64,000 nucleotides of DNA from the human T2T-CHM13v2.0 reference genome, Homo sapiens. How positions within the stretch are numbered: position 1 is the stretch's first letter; each line of letters opens with the position of its first letter. Below, one piece after another: positions 13,111-26,539 of this stretch. Location of the stretch: the NCBI RefSeq assembly GCF_009914755.1, contig NC_060932.1. One strand, written 5' to 3'. Below the pieces are notes generated by a model. The model saw only the letters and a program-made list of their open reading frames with translations. It did no database searches and was not told the origin of the DNA. The translations under genes and the position numbers were made by a program.

Positions 13111-14629
13111 TGCCTTTCAGCATCAGTGCCTCTTGCTGAGAGGGGCTGGGGAGGCTGTCTCCGATAGCTCCTCTGAGCCCTGAGAAGGGTGGGGAGGAGG
13201 ACGTGAGACAAGGGATAGGGAGCTAGTGGCTCTGGCAGTGGCAGAGAGTTGTTCGGGAGAACTTCGGTGGTGGTGGAGGCGGTGAGGATGCTCAGAGCTC
13301 ATTTGTATGTGTGAATCATTTGTAAGTTGAGGATTAGTCAGAGGTTGGCTGCATTGTTACGGAAATAGTGGGCTGGGTGTGTGCTCAACCTGAAGCTGTG
13401 AGGGCTGAATTTTTTCTCTCCTGGAGACATTGTGAACCACAGAAGGCAAGTCAGCTTTTGGGGGCGAGTTTTAAGTGGAGAAATATCTCCTTCTCTAATG
13501 CTTGCAGTTGGCTCTGAGGGTTGTGGAAGAAAGACACAATTTAGAGAACTTATAACGTCCTTGGCCAGATATGCCCAAAGCCAGGATGTCCCCCTAACAG
13601 AAGAAACATAGCACTCCTTTTGCAGGCTGTTCATGCAATCACTAAGGACCTCCTAGAGAAGATTTGAAATGTGTTGGGGGCAGGAATTTATCCCAAAGAT
13701 AACTCAGGGACTTCTGGGAAAGTTTTAATGCCTGTAATGCAGAGAACTCCCAAGCCCCTTGAGTATAGCAGGGTTGGTAAAAGCCTAAGATTGACTTTGG
13801 TAAGATAGACATCAAAATAGCAAAAACAAGAACCATTGTAGAATTTAAGAGAAGCAAAATAATGTCTTTTCTTGGGGCTAACACTCCTACCTTAACTATA
13901 GCCCTGGTGGTGTGTTCCCTGTAATTTTCAGGGTGTCTGACTCTGTGTATGAGAGGCTTCCCATTTCAGTTTGACTCTGATATTAGTGGTCCAGCCATAA
14001 TTGCTGTTCAAATACTAAGAGGCAGGACAGGGATGGAATGTTTGACGTGGGAGTGACATCCATTTATTCATTTCTGTGAATGTATTAGTGCCAGGTATTT
14101 CCTCAGGCCTGTTATCTCTAATGGTCTTTGGACTAGTTCAACCCTCATTGTTAAGATTAGGAAGGAAGTCATGTTGCCCAAGTTGATTCTGTGGCTGGCA
14201 GCAGTTGGGTCTCTTTCCTTCTTTGGGGAGATCATCAGTGCAGCAGGGGCTGGGTATAGAATATTGTGAAGGAGGCCTCTGAGCATATAGGAGGCTCTGC
14301 ACCAGCTTCTGTAGTTGGAGCCTCAGCTTGAGGAGGCAGTGTGGCCACCGGGGAGGAGCTCGGCTTTCCTCACACAAATCCATTTCCTAGGTGTGATCTC
14401 AGACAAGGCCCTTTGCTTCGCTTCTCTTTGAGCCTAGCTTCCCTTGACTGCACAGTAGAAGCAATTAAACCTTCCTCACTGGATTGTGGTGAGGATGACA
14501 TGAAATAATAAGCAGCAAAGTTAAGGGCAAGTTTTAATGACCCTATATGTAATTTTTGGTACATTACAAATTTTCCAAAACATATAGGTATCATAAATAT
14601 CATCTGATTTTTTTAATTTAAAAAAAAGA

Positions 14630-14790
14630 AAGGAGGGAAGGTGGGGGCGGGGGAAGAATGAAATACTACCTATTGGGTACAATGTATACTATTGGGATGA
14701 TGGGTACACTCAAAGCCCATACTTTACCACTGCACAGTATGTTTATGTGGCACAACTGCAATTGTACCCACTAAATCAATAAAAATTTTT
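14630..14790 (+). mobile_element. L1 (L1MA/L1PB-type) 3' end fragment
   Basis: actacctattgggtacaatgtatactattgggatgatgggtacact...aataaa. Confidence 0.75.
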
Positions 14791-15712
14791 TTTTTAAGTT
14801 AAGGAAAAAAGAAAGGAGATTAGTGCATCTAAAGCTTTGATTTCTGGCACACAGCAAGCCAACACGAACCTTAACTATTAATGAGCAGGACACCCCCCGG
14901 ATGCAGGCATGTCTAAGCAAGTCTGGGGAACTGGAGAAGCTAGACTTCCATGGCTGTATTTGCACGATGGTCTGAGGCTCCTCCTAGGAGAGAATTTGTG
15001 CTAAAGGAAGATAATTAAAGTTCCCAAGTCTGATGGAGGGCAGTGGATAAAAGCTGAAGGGTACAGCTATTAATACCTCTGAGCACAGCCCTGTATTTGT
15101 CCCCCTAATTCCTCACTTTACCCGCTCTTCGCATGGACTCCTGCCTGAGCTCTAGGGGAGGAGTAACAAAGCTGAAAAGCCATTTCTTAAAAGCTCTTCT
15201 ATACTTTAAGGACTTTAAGCAGTCCAGCTTGTGACCTTTTAACACACTATACATGTCGGGGGACAGAAGGTGTATCTCTTCTCTGATCCCAGGAGGTGTC
15301 TGTTGGAGTCTGGAGTATGGGAACCAGAAACTCAGATGTCTCGGTGCAGTAATCTGCAAGGCAGCTTTTATTGTAGGGAGAAAATACAGCAGCCACATGG
15401 TACCCAAGGGAATTTCCAAAGCACACCTGGGACATCTCTCTAGGGTTGTCAGATCTATTTAGAAAAATCTTTTTGGAGAAGTCAGAGTGTAACTTCCTGG
15501 TCACCTGAGGCAGAGAAAGCCTGGGGCCTGGGCCAGGGAGGGGTGGGGTCTTCTGAGGGGGCCTGAGCCCGAGAGGGGTGGATTCTCCTGAGGGCCTGCT
15601 CTGTTGGCTGGTGGGTAAACAAGTGAACCTGTCTTATTTTCCGCTATTGGGTTTTCCTTAATGACCTTAACAATGGCTGAGTTAACAAGATATCTTTTAA
15701 AATGCTGACAAG

Positions 15713-15925
15713 GGCCAGCCTATAATCCCAGCACTTTGGGAGTTAGGAAGATGGTTTGAGGCCAGGAGTTGGAGACCAGCCTGGCAACTTAGTATGAAAA
15801 ATAAAAAAGATTAGCCAGTCATAGTGGTGGAGGCCTGGCTGAAGCAGGAGGATTGTTTGAGCCCAGGAGTTTGAGGCTGCAGTGAGCATTGATTGAGACA
15901 ATGCACTTTAGCCTGACTCCGATAT
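15713..15925 (+). mobile_element. Degenerate, internally deleted AluJ
   Basis: tataatcccagcactttggga...tgagcccaggagtttgaggctgcagtgag. Confidence 0.75.
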
Positions 15926-15960
15926 CATAGGAAAGGAAAGAAGGGGGGGCGGGGAGGGAA

Positions 15961-16095
15961 AAAGAAAGGAAAGAAAAGACAGTGGAGTGAGTTGACAAGG
16001 AAGAAAGTGCCCAAGGAAAGGAAAGGAAAGGAAAGGAAAAAGAAAAGAAAGGAAAGAAAAGAGAGTGGAATGAGTTGACAAGGAAGAAAGTGCCC
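15961..16095. repeat. 83-bp-period duplication in a GA-rich tract
   Basis: gtggaRtgagttgacaaggaagaaagtgccc occurs at 15982 and 16065. Confidence 0.85.
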
Positions 16096-18115
16096 CAGGA
16101 AAAGTAAGAGATCCCCTTCCTTTATCCCATGTATACTTTTGTTTTTTTAAATTGTGGTAAAATATTGATAACATAAGACTTGCCATTTTAACCATTATTT
16201 TCAATGTGCAGTTCATTGGCATTAATTACATTGACAATGTTGTACAACCATCACTGTTCTATTTCCAAAACTTTTTCATCACTCCAAACAGAATCTCTGT
16301 AACCATCAAAGAATAACTCCCCATTCTCCCTTCCTCTAGCTCCTGGTGACCTTGAATCTACTTTCTGCTGCTGAGAATTTACCTATTTTGGATGCTTCAT
16401 GTAAGTGGAATCATATAATGTTTGTTCTTTTGTGTTTTATTTCATTAGCACAATGTATTCAAGGTCATCCATGTTGTAGCATGTATTAGGACTTCACTCT
16501 TTTATACAGCCGAATAATATTCCATTGTATGTATACAGCACATTTTGTTTATGGATATCCATTATGTTCATCCATTTATGGACACTGGTGTTGTTTCTAT
16601 TATTTGGCTAATGTGAATAATGCTGCAATGAATATTGGCATACACGTATCTGTTTTTTGAGTCCTTCCTTTCAGTTCTTTTTGGCATATACTGAGGAATG
16701 AAGTTGTTGAATCATATGGTAATTCTATATGTAACTTTTTGAGGAACGACTAAACTGTTTTTCACACTGGCTGCACCATTTTACATTCCCACTAGCAATG
16801 TATGAAGGTTCCAACTTCTCCATATTCTTGCCAACACTTGTTATTTTCTATTTTTTAAAAATTCTAACCATCCTTGTAGATATGAAGTGGTATCTTGTTG
16901 GGGTTTTGATTTGTATTTCCTTAATGACTACTGATATTGAGCATCTTTTCATGTGTTTATTGGCCATTTATGTATCTTCTTTGGAAAAATGTCTATTTAA
17001 TCTTTTTTCCATTTAAAATTTTTTTTTCAGTTGTTGCATTGTAGGAGTTCTTTATTTATTCTGTATACTAATTTCTTATCAGATATATGACATGTGGATA
17101 TTTTCTCCCCTCTGTAGGCTCTTTTGATTTTCTCAACAGCATCCTTTGCAGCACAGAAGTTCTTAATTTAGATGAAGCCCAATTTATCTATATTTTCTTT
17201 TGTTGCCTGTTTTTGGTGTCTCATCCACAAAACCACTGCCAAATCCAATGTCATGAAGGTTTTCCCCAGTGTTTTCTCCTAAAAGTTTTATAGTTTTAGC
17301 TTTTAAGTTTAGGTCTTTGATCCATTTTGAGTTAATTTTTGTAAATGGTATGTATAAGGTAAGAGTCTAACTTTTTTGTGTGTTGATCTTGTGCCCTGCA
17401 ACTTTGCTGGCTTTGTTTATTAGCTCTGGTAGATTTCTTGTGGATTCTTTGGGATTTTCTATATATAGGATCATGGCATCTACAAATAGAGATCGTTTTA
17501 CATCTTCCTTACAATTTGTATGCCTTTAATTTCTTTTCAATCTGGTAGCTAGAGCTTCCAGTACAATGTTGAATTGCAGCAGTGAAAGTAGGCATCCTTG
17601 TCTTGGTTCTGATCTCAGCGAGAGAGCTTTTAGTCTTTCACCATTAAGTCCAATGCTATCTGTGTTGTTTTTTTCATTAATACCCTTTATTATATTGAGA
17701 AAGTTCCCCTCTGTTCCTCATTTTCTAAGAGTTTTTTCTTATCATAAGAGGATATTAGATTTTCCCTCTATTATTGCCTTCTTTTGTGACTAATTGATTT
17801 TTTTGCATAGTGAAAGGTTTTGATTTCCTTTTCATTTCCTTTTGTCTATATTCTCTAAATATTTTCTTTGTGTTTACCTTGGGGATTACGTTTAACATCC
17901 TGAATTTATAATAATCTAATTTGAGTTGATACCAATTTACCTTCAACAGGGTGTAAAACCTCTGCTCCCACATGGCTCCTTCCCCTCCTTGTATGTCATT
18001 GTTGTCAGAAATGACATTTCTTTATATATAGTATTTCTAATGCCATAGATTTATAATTATTTTATGCATTTGTCTTCTAAATCATGTAGGAAATTAAAAA
18101 TGCAGTTACAGACCA

Positions 18116-18395
18116 AAAATACAAAAATACTGGCTTTTGCACTAGCCCATGTATTTACCGTGACCAGAGATCTTTATTTCCTCATGATGGCTTCATTATG
18201 GCAACAGCCCAGTGTCCTCTTATTTCAACCTGGAGGACTCCCTTTAGCAATTTTTAAAATACAAAAATACTGGCTTTTATATTAGCCCATGAATTTACTG
18301 TGACCAGAGATCTTTATTTCCTCATGATGGCTTCATTATGGCAACAGCCTCGTGTCCTCTTATTTCAACCTGGAGGACTCCTGTTAGCAATCTTT
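18116..18395. repeat. 140-bp tandem duplication
   Basis: Two near-identical copies starting aaaatacaaaaatactggctttt (18116, 18256). Confidence 0.9.
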
Positions 18396-19024
18396 AGGGC
18401 TGGGGAGTGAAAACAAACTCCTTCAGCTTTTATCAGCTAGAGGCGAGAGTTCAGAGTCTTCCCATGTCTTTTCTGTGCATGGATCTTGCCCTGAGAATGT
18501 GCATGGTTTTCTAGATTCCCCCATACACCCAGGCGCTTTTAAATGTCCTATTTTACAAAGAATTTGCCCCAGCCTTTCTTCCTGGGCCTTAGACAGTCTG
18601 TTGAATATCTGTACCATAAGCTGTTTCCCCAGGTTTCTGTGAATGGTGGGTTCACCTTGCTGTGTTTTTGAGCGATGGGCACCACTTTTCCAGCCTAAGT
18701 TAGGTGAAACCAATACAAGCATCCGTGTCAGTCTTTCACATAGTCCCCAAATAGGTTATTAACAGACACATGGGATAATTTGTGAGTGAGATCTGCTCTG
18801 CTTCTTCTGGAAACTGGGACCAGAGTTCCTCTCTGGAAACACAGGCTGCTACCTCTTCAGGACTGCTGTCATGCTGGGAAGGAGGTGGGCAAGGACAGGA
18901 AAAAGTGCCACAAAGCTTTCCTACCATTTTCAAGTTGCTTTTTCTCGATTCAGCATTCATATGGTTGCTGTAAACCTTTGGCTGTTTTCCAGAGTTCTGA
19001 CAAAGTTGGTTCTGACAATTTCTG

Positions 19025-19028
<4 letters not shown>

Positions 19029-19063
<35 letters not shown>
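19029..19063. repeat. (TG)n microsatellite
   Basis: About 17 TG units. Confidence 0.95.
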
Positions 19064-19064
<1 letters not shown>

Positions 19065-19764
19065 TTTGTAGGGAGATGAGAGCTTGGAGCTACCCACTCC
19101 GCCATTTGCTGACATCATTCCCCAGCTATACTTTTAACAGTGACCTTATTTTTTACCTGTATACTACTGTGGCCTGGGGAACTGGATTACACACATGAAT
19201 CCACTTTGATCAAATCCTTGAACCTGGTGGATGATACTTGCATTTGGTGGAGTAAGTTAAAAAGGCCATGGGAAACAGACCAGAGTCAAACAAAAGAATC
19301 AGTCTCCACAGGTCACACTTTTACTTGTACACAATTGTAAATACTGTGTAAGTGGCATCTACATTATAATGGAAAGGTTGCTAAAGTTAGTCTTCATTTA
19401 CAATTAAGAGTAAAGGGACACTTTCTAAAATGTTTGCTTAAGTGTTCAACTTTTCCTGTTGGTCCCCCAGATCTGTGCTGGCAAATGAGTTTCATCTCTG
19501 ATGGTGGTGGCTGCCTAATGCAATGTGTGAAGGGTTACAAAGCCATGTTCAGGTTCAGGAGATAAGAGTTTCATAACAAATGGTTATGGCACAGGAGGGT
19601 AGAGTGCCAATGTTTATCTATTGCTGTGTAATGAATTATCCCAAAACTTAGTGGTTTAGAACAATATCTCTCACAATTTTTAGGGGTCAGGAGTATGGGA
19701 GTAGTTGGATTGGGTGAGTTTGGTTCAGGGTCTCTTATGAAGTTACAGTCAAGATGTTGGCTGG

Positions 19765-20599
19765 GGCTGGATGCAGTGGCTCATGCCCATAATCTCAACA
19801 CTCTGGGAAGCCAAGATGGAAGGATTGCTTGAGCCCAGGAGCTTGAGACCAGCCTGGGCAATGTAGGGAGACAGCAATTTCACTACTGGGTGTCTAACCA
19901 AAGGAAAAGAAATCATTTTATCCAAAAGACACCTGCACTTGTATGCTTATTGCAGCATTATTACAATAGCATACATAGTCAAGGAATCAACCTAAATGTC
20001 TATCCATTGATGATTGGATAAAGAGAATGTAGTATATATACATCATGAAATGGTATGCAGCCATAAAAATAAAAAGAATGCAATCATGTCCTTTGCAGCA
20101 ATATGGATGCAGCTGGAGGTCATTATCTTAAGTGAACAAACTCAGAAACAGAAAATCAAATACCTCATGTTCTCACTTATAAGTGAGAGCTAAACAATAG
20201 ATTTATTAACGGCTAAACACATGAACGTATTTCCAAAGATATAAATAATGACACTGGGGACTTAATAAAAGGGGCAGAGTGGGAGGAACATGAGGGTTAA
20301 AAACTTACCTATTGGGTATAATGTTTACTGTTTGGATGATGGGTTCACTAGAAACCCAAACCTCACCATTACATAATATATCCATGTAAAAAACCTGCGT
20401 ATGTATTGTCTGAATTTAAAATAAAATAAAATAACAAAAATAAATATAAAAAATAAATTTCCTTAACATTAAAAAAAAATTAGCTGGACGTGGTGGCATG
20501 TACCTGTAGTCTCAGCTCCTTGGGAGGTTGAGGTTGGAGAATTGCTTGAGCCTAGGAGGTTAAGGCTGCAGTAAGAAAAGAAAAAGTGAAATGAAACAG
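19765..20599 (+). mobile_element. AluJ interrupted by an L1
   Basis: Left arm 19765-19872, right arm ~20470-20575; TSD aagatgttggctgg at 19751 and 20600. Confidence 0.85.
19873..20455 (+). mobile_element. 5'-truncated L1PB/old L1PA 3' end
   Basis: caaaagacacctgcac...atgttctcacttataagtg...cctattgggtataatg...(AAAAT)n tail. Confidence 0.85.
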
Positions 20600-21291
20600 A
20601 AGATGTTGGCTGGGATTACAATCATCTGAATTCTTGACTGGGGTGGAGGATTCACTTCTGAGAGGGTTCACTCACAGGACCGGCAAGTAGATGTTAACTC
20701 TTGGTGTGAGGTGCAGCCCTTCAACACCTGGGCCTCTCCTGAGGGCTGCTATGTGTCCCTACTACCTGGCAGTTGGCTTCCACCAAAACAAGCTACACGA
20801 GAGTGACCAGGCAGGAGTTATCATTTTTATGACTTAATCTCACATTTCTGCCACATTCTCTTCATTTGCAATGAGTCAGTAAATCCAGCCACACTCAAGA
20901 AGGAAGGAATTACGTTCTACTTTTTGAAGGAAGGCATGTCAAAGAATTTGTGGACATATTTTAACAACACCACATAACACTGTGACAGGTGTTTACTGAC
21001 CTACTTCAGAACACCCAGAGAACCCTCACACAATCTGAGCAACAAAAATTAGTCTTCTTTTATTTAAAAATTTATTTTAAAAAAATACAGAGTTGGCTGC
21101 ATGAAGGCTTTTTTTTAAAAGTTCAGAGTCAAAGGTAGAGAATATGTGTGTGTGATGGAAGATGAAGAAAGATTTTCATATTTTCCGTCAATTCTCCTGG
21201 TTTCTTAGAGAATCACTCAAAAACAGCTTAAGGGAACTACAACAATTTAACAGCTCACTGTCTCAAGGAGTGCTCCAGCTAAAATCTATCT

Positions 21292-21600
<309 letters not shown>

Positions 21601-22020
21601 CTATCTCTTAGAATATTGGCAGAGGAAGGCGTGAAATGGCTCTGATGATACCCTCTTCACTTCTATCTTCCCCTAAGAAGGCTATGCCACAGGATTGGGA
21701 TTTTAAGTCCTGGGGGCAGCTCTAAGTTAGAACAAGGTTATTTGAGCAGAACATCCTAGTTAGGTCAAGTCAATGTAAAGAGTTCCCTCGGTTAACAGAA
21801 ATAACCCAACAAGCTAATGCCACCAGCAAACAGAATTGCAGTGTGGGAAGTGCATATGAAAGCATGGACACCTGCTTTCAGTATTCCACACTCAGCCCAA
21901 GAGAAAAACAACTGCTCAAGTACAAAATGGTGACTCTGTTTTCTGAACATTTGGTCCTGAGTGTCATGTGGTCTGGTCTGTGGTGTCCTAGCTTTGAAAT
22001 ATGTCTCTTCTTATTTTCAG

Positions 22021-22330
22021 GAGACGATTCCTCTTAGCAAAAGGGCACTGTGTACCCTCCAAGGCTGGAAATGATAGGTTTTCGGCGAGGAGTGAAAATA
22101 TTGTGCTGACAGCCCTTTGCCTGTGTAGAGCAGGGTTGTTTACTCGCGCTGGAGCACAGCTTTATTGAAGCAGAGAGTCATGGTCCCATCATCAGGGTTG
22201 CCTAGCAACCAGTCTACGCCACTCCACAGAGTTTCAGAATGGGCTGGACCACAAGTACCCACTTTGGGGGATTTCCAGTGACAGTCCTACTCTCACTCCA
22301 TCACATCGCTTCTAAAATCTGAGTCACATG
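22021..22330 (+). other. Putative non-coding exon, or alternative first exon starting near the X-box
   Basis: Acceptor tctcttcttattttcag| ends at 22020; donor ATG|GTAAGA at 22331; no long ORF through it. Confidence 0.45.
22196..22210. promoter_or_regulatory. RFX X-box
   Basis: gGTTGCCTAGCAACc, a near-palindromic 13-bp X-box in unique sequence with several retained CpGs nearby. Confidence 0.65.
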
Positions 22331-23193
22331 GTAAGACACAAGATTAATTGTTCAGCATCTCCCTTTCTTCTTTGAAAGTTGAAAAGAGCATTTGTTGGTT
22401 GAGTATGTTTTTTCAGATACTACAGAGAATTGGTCACTCTAGGTTATTGAGAATATCTAATTTTAGTTTAATTGGATCTTTTTCTCTCCAATTCCTTTAA
22501 TATTTTATTTGATATGATATTAAGAGCATAGTCTGTAAATGAATCTTATTATGACTAGCCAGTTTAATATTCAGCAAAGTAGCTGAATGTACACAATGCT
22601 CATTTTATCAACAAAGATGCATGGTACCACACACAGTTTGAAAAGATACTCTGTCGTTAAAAATGTTGCTACCAAGGAAAGAAATCCTATATAAGCATAA
22701 AGACACATTCTACTAAGCAACAGATTGAAGGAGTTGGATATGATACAAAAACAAACAAAAAGACAAATTTACAACATCCTTTATTAAACAAACATTTATG
22801 GACTGACTATTATATAGATGTGTCACTTACTGACATGGATACATTCTGAGAAATGTGTCATTTGATGATTTCGTTATTGTGCAACCATCATAGAGTGTAC
22901 TTACATCAACCTAAATGATTGCATAGCCTACTACGCACCTAGGCTATACAGTATAGCGTGTTGCTCTTAGGCTGCAAACCTGTACAGAGTGTTACTGTGC
23001 TGAATACTGTAGGCAGATGTAACACAACGGTAAGTATTTGTGTATCTAAATATGAAAAAGGTATGGTAAAAATATGGTATGAAAGATAAAAAATGATACA
23101 CCTGCATAGGGCACTTACCATGAATGGAGCTTGCAGGACTGGAAGTTGCTCTGGGTGAGTCAGTGAGTGGTGAGTGAATGTGAAAGCCTAGGG

Positions 23194-23399
23194 CAGCGGT
23201 GTTCAATCTTTTGGCTTCCCTGAGCCACATTGGAAGAAGAATTGTCTTGGGCCACACATAAAATACACTAACACTAATGATAACTGATAAGAAAGAAGAA
23301 AGACAAAGAAAGAAAGAGAGAGAAAGAAAGAAAGAATGAAAGGAGGGAGGGAGGGAAGGAAGGAAAGAAGGGAGAAAGAGAAAGAGAGAAAGAGAGAAA

Positions 23400-23455
<56 letters not shown>

Positions 23456-23595
23456 GAAGGAAGGAAGGGGAAGGGGAAGGGAAGGGAAGGAAAGGAAAGG
23501 AGAGAGGGAGGGAGGGAAGGAAGGAAGGAAGGGAGGGAAGGAAGGGAGAGAGAGAGAAAGAAAGAAAGGAAGGAAGGAAGAAAGAAAGAAAGGAA

Positions 23596-23652
<57 letters not shown>

Positions 23653-23960
23653 GAAGGAAGGAAGGAAGGGGAAGGGGAAGGGAAGGGAAGGAAAGGAAAG
23701 GAGAGAGGGAGGGAGGGAAGGAAGGAAGGAAGGGAGGGAAGGAAGGGAGAGAGAGAGAAAGAAAGAAAGGAAGGAAGGAAGAAAGAAAGAAAGGAAGGAA
23801 GAAAGAAAAAGAAAGAAAGAAAGAAAACTATCTGTGCATAAATCTCGTAATGTTTTAAGAAAGTTTATGAATTTGTGTTGGGCTGTATTCAAACCTTGGG
23901 CCGTATTCAAAGCTGTCCTTGGCCACATGCGGCCTGTGGGCCATGGGTTGGACAAGCTTG
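23194..23960 (+). mobile_element. MER30 hAT-Charlie MITE
   Basis: cagcggtgttcaatcttttggcttccctg...gggttggacaagcttg; 8-bp TSD gcctaggg (23186) / gtctaggg (23961). Confidence 0.9.
23288..23827. repeat. Compound GAAA/GGAA/GGGA purine tract with a ~201-bp block duplication
   Basis: About 540 bp of nearly pure A/G; agagagggagggagggaagg recurs at 23501 and 23702. Confidence 0.95.
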
Positions 23961-24259
23961 GTCTAGGGCATTACCATATGCTACTGCAGACCTTATAAAC
24001 ACTGTATTCGTAGGCTATACTACATTTATTAAATTTTTTTCTCTCTTCAGTAATAAATTAAACATAGCTTACTGTAATTTTTATTTTATAAACTTTTTAG
24101 AAAACATTCTCTTTTATAATAACACTTAGCTTAAAACACACATGGTACAACTGTACAAAAATATTTTCCTCTTTACATCCTATGCTACTAGTTTTGTTAT
24201 ATTTTTAAATCATTTTATTCTTTTTTCTTCAAATTTTTTCTGTTAAAAACTAAGACAGA

Positions 24260-24695
<436 letters not shown>

Positions 24696-25321
24696 TTAAG
24701 GTAGAGGAGAAAGAGTCTGAAGATGAGACTGTGCTTGAGGAGATTCTCCAGGCTGGAGGGTGATGATGGGGTATGCAGTACACCCCCCAGGTACTCCTGA
24801 AAACAGAGCTCAACTGCAACATGCCTCCTTTCCTACCACTAGAAGATGGGCAGGTGATGGTATTTTTGTGGTGTACAACGGTGGACCTGTGTATCTTTGT
24901 GGAACAATTGCTGTTGACGTTGGCCCTGTTTTGCATTATTTATGATTTGTAAAAGCAGTATTGATTTTATTATAAAGGGGCTATTTTTCCTCAGAGGATT
25001 TGTTGATTTATGTTTGTTTCAGTTAAAGATTCAAAGTAGCCACTACTGATTTTTGTCACTTAATCTTTCTATCAAATGTTTTTATTAACGACTGTGCATT
25101 ATGTGTTCAGGAATTCAATGGGAAGTTGATTTACGGTCAGATCAGATTGAAGGCTTGGGTTAAAAATTAAGTGTATTTTTTCTATGTCAGTCTTTAGACA
25201 TTTTTCATGGTTAAATTAAAGGTTAGCATGTTAATATCAATTTATGCCAGCTTGGGTCTTTACAAGAATATACACAAAGTAGATCATTGATCTTAAAATA
25301 TGGCCTCTATTACCTCTTTAA

Positions 25322-25801
<480 letters not shown>

Positions 25802-26276
25802 TAGTTATTCAAACACCAGCCATGTTTGCTGGGGATTTCTAACATTTTAGAGGAATCCAGCAGTTCATGTTTATCTAGAAAGGTTGGAATATTCAGTTCA
25901 AGAACAGTTTCAAATCATAGCTGCTCATTTTATTTCCTGTTAAGATTATCAGTCTCATATCTAGCTAGGGTGCTTGGAGTGGCAAGGGCAGAGTGGAAAG
26001 GACTGGCAACACAGATATTATGTTAAAGTGACAGAGTTGGATTACTGATAAGCTATTTTGAATAAATTACAATGAATAGGAATCTCAAAAGAGGTAAGGA
26101 ACATTGAGGACTTAGACCAGATAATCTTGAGATAATCCAGTCTATCAACAAAATTATATAATTTTATATTTAAAGTAGAGAAAAATAAACATTGATGTTT
26201 CTTACCTGCTCAGTGTAGCTTTTGTTTCTGTTTTTGTGTAAGGTTCAAATTTCACAGTACAAAGTGTGTTCTTCAG

Positions 26277-26345
26277 ATCTGGGGTTCTCTCCAAAATGGA
26301 TAATCATTATTGATTTTGTAATGCAATGCCAAGACCATCAGTAAG
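26277..26345 (+). other. Putative 69-nt internal exon (non-coding/UTR)
   Basis: gtgttcttcag| acceptor and consensus AAG|GTAAGT donor at 26346; stops in all three frames. Confidence 0.4.
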
Positions 26346-26539
26346 GTAAGTTTAATTATTTATTGCTTTGTTTTTTCTTTAGCGTGGTCTTAAAAATGCT
26401 TCTCAATTGTGAAACTGGTTATCACACAGAAATAGCATATGCCATGCATCCTTCAGAATTTCAATGTCAGGCATTATGTCTCTTTCAAAGATATTTCATT
26501 CATTCTCTTCAATGTATATGTGCTAAGAGTTAGTAAAGG

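Larger units (their letters stand above)
16141..19123 (-). mobile_element. Ancient L1M (L1MB-like) with both ends and large internal deletions
   Basis: L1MB-type 3'UTR from 16141, then ORF2 pieces, an inter-ORF/ORF1-region piece and 5'UTR-like sequence ending ccgccatttgctgacatcattcccc; tatactttt flanks at 16132 and 19127. Confidence 0.8.
19609..20974 (-). mobile_element. MLT1F-like LTR split by an AluJ/L1 composite
   Basis: tatctattgctgtgtaa...cccaaaacttagtgg at the left; tgtcaaagaatttgtggacatattttaacaacaccaca at the right. Confidence 0.8.
22815..24259 (+). mobile_element. Tigger3 (MER7/Golem-type) DNA transposon, split by MER30 and truncated at an Alu
   Basis: gatacattctgagaaatgtgtc...atcatagagtgtacttac...cctaggctatac...ctgcaaacctgtacag; resumes at 23969. 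Confidence 0.85.

Noticed and set aside
16798-17793. Hydrophobic ORFs resembling membrane proteins
   Set aside because: Antisense reading of decayed L1 sequence.
23203-23998. 250-aa (-) and 220-aa (+) ORFs, the longest in the track
   Set aside because: They are translations of the GAAA/GGAA microsatellite inside MER30; purine repeats cannot contain stop codons.
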